Source of the DNA: Neovahlkampfia damariscottae
Taxonomy: Eukaryota
DNA length: 64,000 bases
NCBI GenBank assembly: GCA_016618085.1
Contig: JABLTG010000025.1
Location: 1-64,000, forward strand
Reading direction: 5' to 3'
The translations under genes were made by a program, and so were the position numbers. How positions within the stretch are numbered: the first letter of the stretch is position 1; each line of letters begins with the position of its first letter. The notes under the pieces were generated by a model. The model did not search any database, was not told the origin of the DNA, and saw nothing but the letters and a program-made list of their open reading frames with translations. This document shows, one piece after another, positions 61,980-64,000 of this stretch.

Positions 61980-62616
61980 TTGAATATGATGCAAAGAAAT
62001 GGATAAATCGTTACAGATACATTTCAAAAGAAAAATACTTACAGTGGGAAAAATTGTGTACTGGAAAGTTCCGCCAGAAATTCTAGGAGAAAAAGGGAAT
62101 GACAGATATCTCGGTCCTTTTGTGATATCAGAAATCCTTGAAGACAATCAATTCAAGTTGTCCAATGGAAAATACTATTTTCATTCAAATTTAAAAGTCT
62201 CAAGCTAAACGTTAGTGATAAACTACTCTTTACGCGTGAGATGATGTTCCACTGACAAAATATAATGAAACTGCAACAGAGAGTTAACAAATTATTGGAA
62301 AAAGGGAAATTGGAAATACAAATCCGAAAGATGGTAATTACAAAGACTTAGAAGAAGTAAAAGAAACAATCGTGGATTTAAATTCAGAATCCAAAAAAGA
62401 GGAAGATCCAATTGACACCCAAGAATCAGATCAACAAACCCCAAAAAGAAAAATTAAAACAATCAAACATTTTCATGATGAATTTGGTTACTAAACTCAA
62501 GAATTTTCAAAAAAGGGGAATGTAAAAGATCAACTTTTATAAATATCTAAATATTCAACAAATAAAAGTGTTCAGTAATTAGAAACTCAATAACTTAAAC
62601 TACTTTCTGTTTTACA
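61980..62616 (+). mobile_element. 3' remnant of an LTR retrotransposon (Ty3/gypsy-like)
   Basis: Integrase GPY/F motif (RYLGPFVI); polypurine tract AAAAAAGGGGAA 62509-62520 directly followed by TG...CA LTR. Confidence 0.75.
62521..62616 (+). repeat. Putative 96-bp 3' LTR
   Basis: TGTAAAA...TTTTACA perfect 7-bp terminal inverted repeat; internal TATAAATA and AATAAA. Confidence 0.7.
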
Positions 62617-62646
62617 GGTATTTTAAAGAATTAAAAAATGTTGTAT

Positions 62647-63525
62647 TTAATGATTATCACCCAAGATTTCTTTTTCAATAGAGTCTTCGTTGACTTTCAT
62701 CCAATTTACCAATGATTTTCTTGTGAAAGGCATTCCATGACCTGGAAAGAATAATTTACAAGATTTCTCATTTAACAATTTTTTTATGGATCCTTTGAGC
62801 TGTGTGAAATCTTCAAAAGCTCTAAACCAATGAAGCATTGGATAATTGACTGTAAAAGGAGCACCTGATAAAACATCACCAATAAAACAATCACCAGATT
62901 CAGTTACTAAACTTAAAGAACCATTTGTGTGTCCAGGAGTGGATATGATCTTCACATTATTGAATTCTTTCAATACTTCATCTCCATTTAATTTATAATC
63001 AACATTGAAAGGTGTATTGGAAGGATCATAGCTCTTTGGAATATAAGACATTAACTTCTTCAAAATTGGTTGAAAGATTAAAGGCCTTGGTCCAGAGACA
63101 CCTTCAGCAATATATTTGATTTCCGATTTAGGAACTCCTATTTTGGCTCTTGATGCATCTACCATAGTTTTCGCATTTCCTTTCAGTTTTAGTTTAAAAA
63201 TTTGTCACATACCAGCATGATCAAAATGATGGTGAGTGATAAAAATAAACAAAACTTCAAAGGTTTTTATACCTCTTGATGCCATTCCTCCTAATATATT
63301 GATTTCTTTTCCTTGTGATAGAGTATCAATTAATATATATTTTGAGTCAGGAATTGGATGAAGAAAAGAGTTCACAAAATAATTTTGAGAAAAAATTATT
63401 GTTTTGGTTGAAATCTTTTTTAATTCTTCATTGTATTGTGATTTTTTTATTTCAAAGTATATATAACCAACTGATGTCGTAATCACCAAAATGGTGATGA
63501 AATAAGTCAACACACTGCGACACAT
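62647..63525 (-). CDS. Metallo-beta-lactamase fold hydrolase with N-terminal membrane anchor
   Basis: THHHFDHAG, TPGHTNGS, FIGD, PGHG. Confidence 0.9.
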
Positions 63526-63657
63526 TTCTGCAAGAATTATCCAATCAGTATGTTGTTTTGAAATTGGAAGAAAGTTTTGTAATATTTCACTATATTTCGT
63601 TTAAATTTTGTTTCAAATTTCCATTCATTTTTTTGGCCAATTATTTTCCATTAGAAG

Positions 63658-64000
63658 ATGAATCGTCTCGTTGTTGCTTTACTTTTCTTCTCTTGTTGTT
63701 TTCTTTTTGTTTCTTCAAAACAAATTGAAATTCAACAACCAAAACAACATGAAAAAGGAGTTGGCTGTACACTTTGCACAACTGTCGTCTCATTAGCACA
63801 TACCCTAGTCAGACAGAATGCTACAAGAGATGGATTAACAACAGTAGTCAGACAATTATGTCCTTTCATAAATCCACCAGAATACCGTCCAAAAGGTAAA
63901 AAAAATTAATTAAAAAAAAAGTTTGTCCAAGAATGATTGAAATTTTTGCACCTGTAGTAATTGACGTATTTTTAGCAAGAAAAGAAATTCAACCAAAAAC
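63658..64000 (+). CDS. Secreted saposin-B-domain protein, partial (possibly acid sphingomyelinase-like)
   Basis: Signal peptide, CTLC...LC...VC saposin spacing; runs off the window end. Confidence 0.65.

Overview
AT-rich, very compact nuclear DNA of a unicellular eukaryote: standard code, GT-AG introns of about 28-40 nt, intergenic gaps often under 250 bp, CCAAT boxes upstream of most genes. The lineage cannot be determined from this window. Bases 1-13089 are the right part of an intron-less Polinton-like/virophage-like endogenous viral element (rve integrase, D5-like SF3 helicase, GIY-YIG fragment, putative core protein, two permuted NlpC/P60 proteins). It ends in ...CCACACACT exactly where it truncates a host alkane 1-monooxygenase gene. 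Nested in it is a ~4.1 kb PIF/Harbinger-ISL2EU-type transposon carrying an SF2 helicase-OTU fusion. The remainder is mostly housekeeping genes (PDK, SMC5, 5-phosphatase, NUP35, JmjC, SF1, DHX57-like, OTU1, TCTP, lipin) plus mobile-element remnants. The top finding is a head-to-head pair of shortened major-vault-protein genes (529 and 525 aa; 5 repeats instead of 9; shortened cap helix) sharing a 213-bp promoter region, suggesting a two-subunit 'mini-vault'. All exon models and family assignments were made by eye, without database searches.
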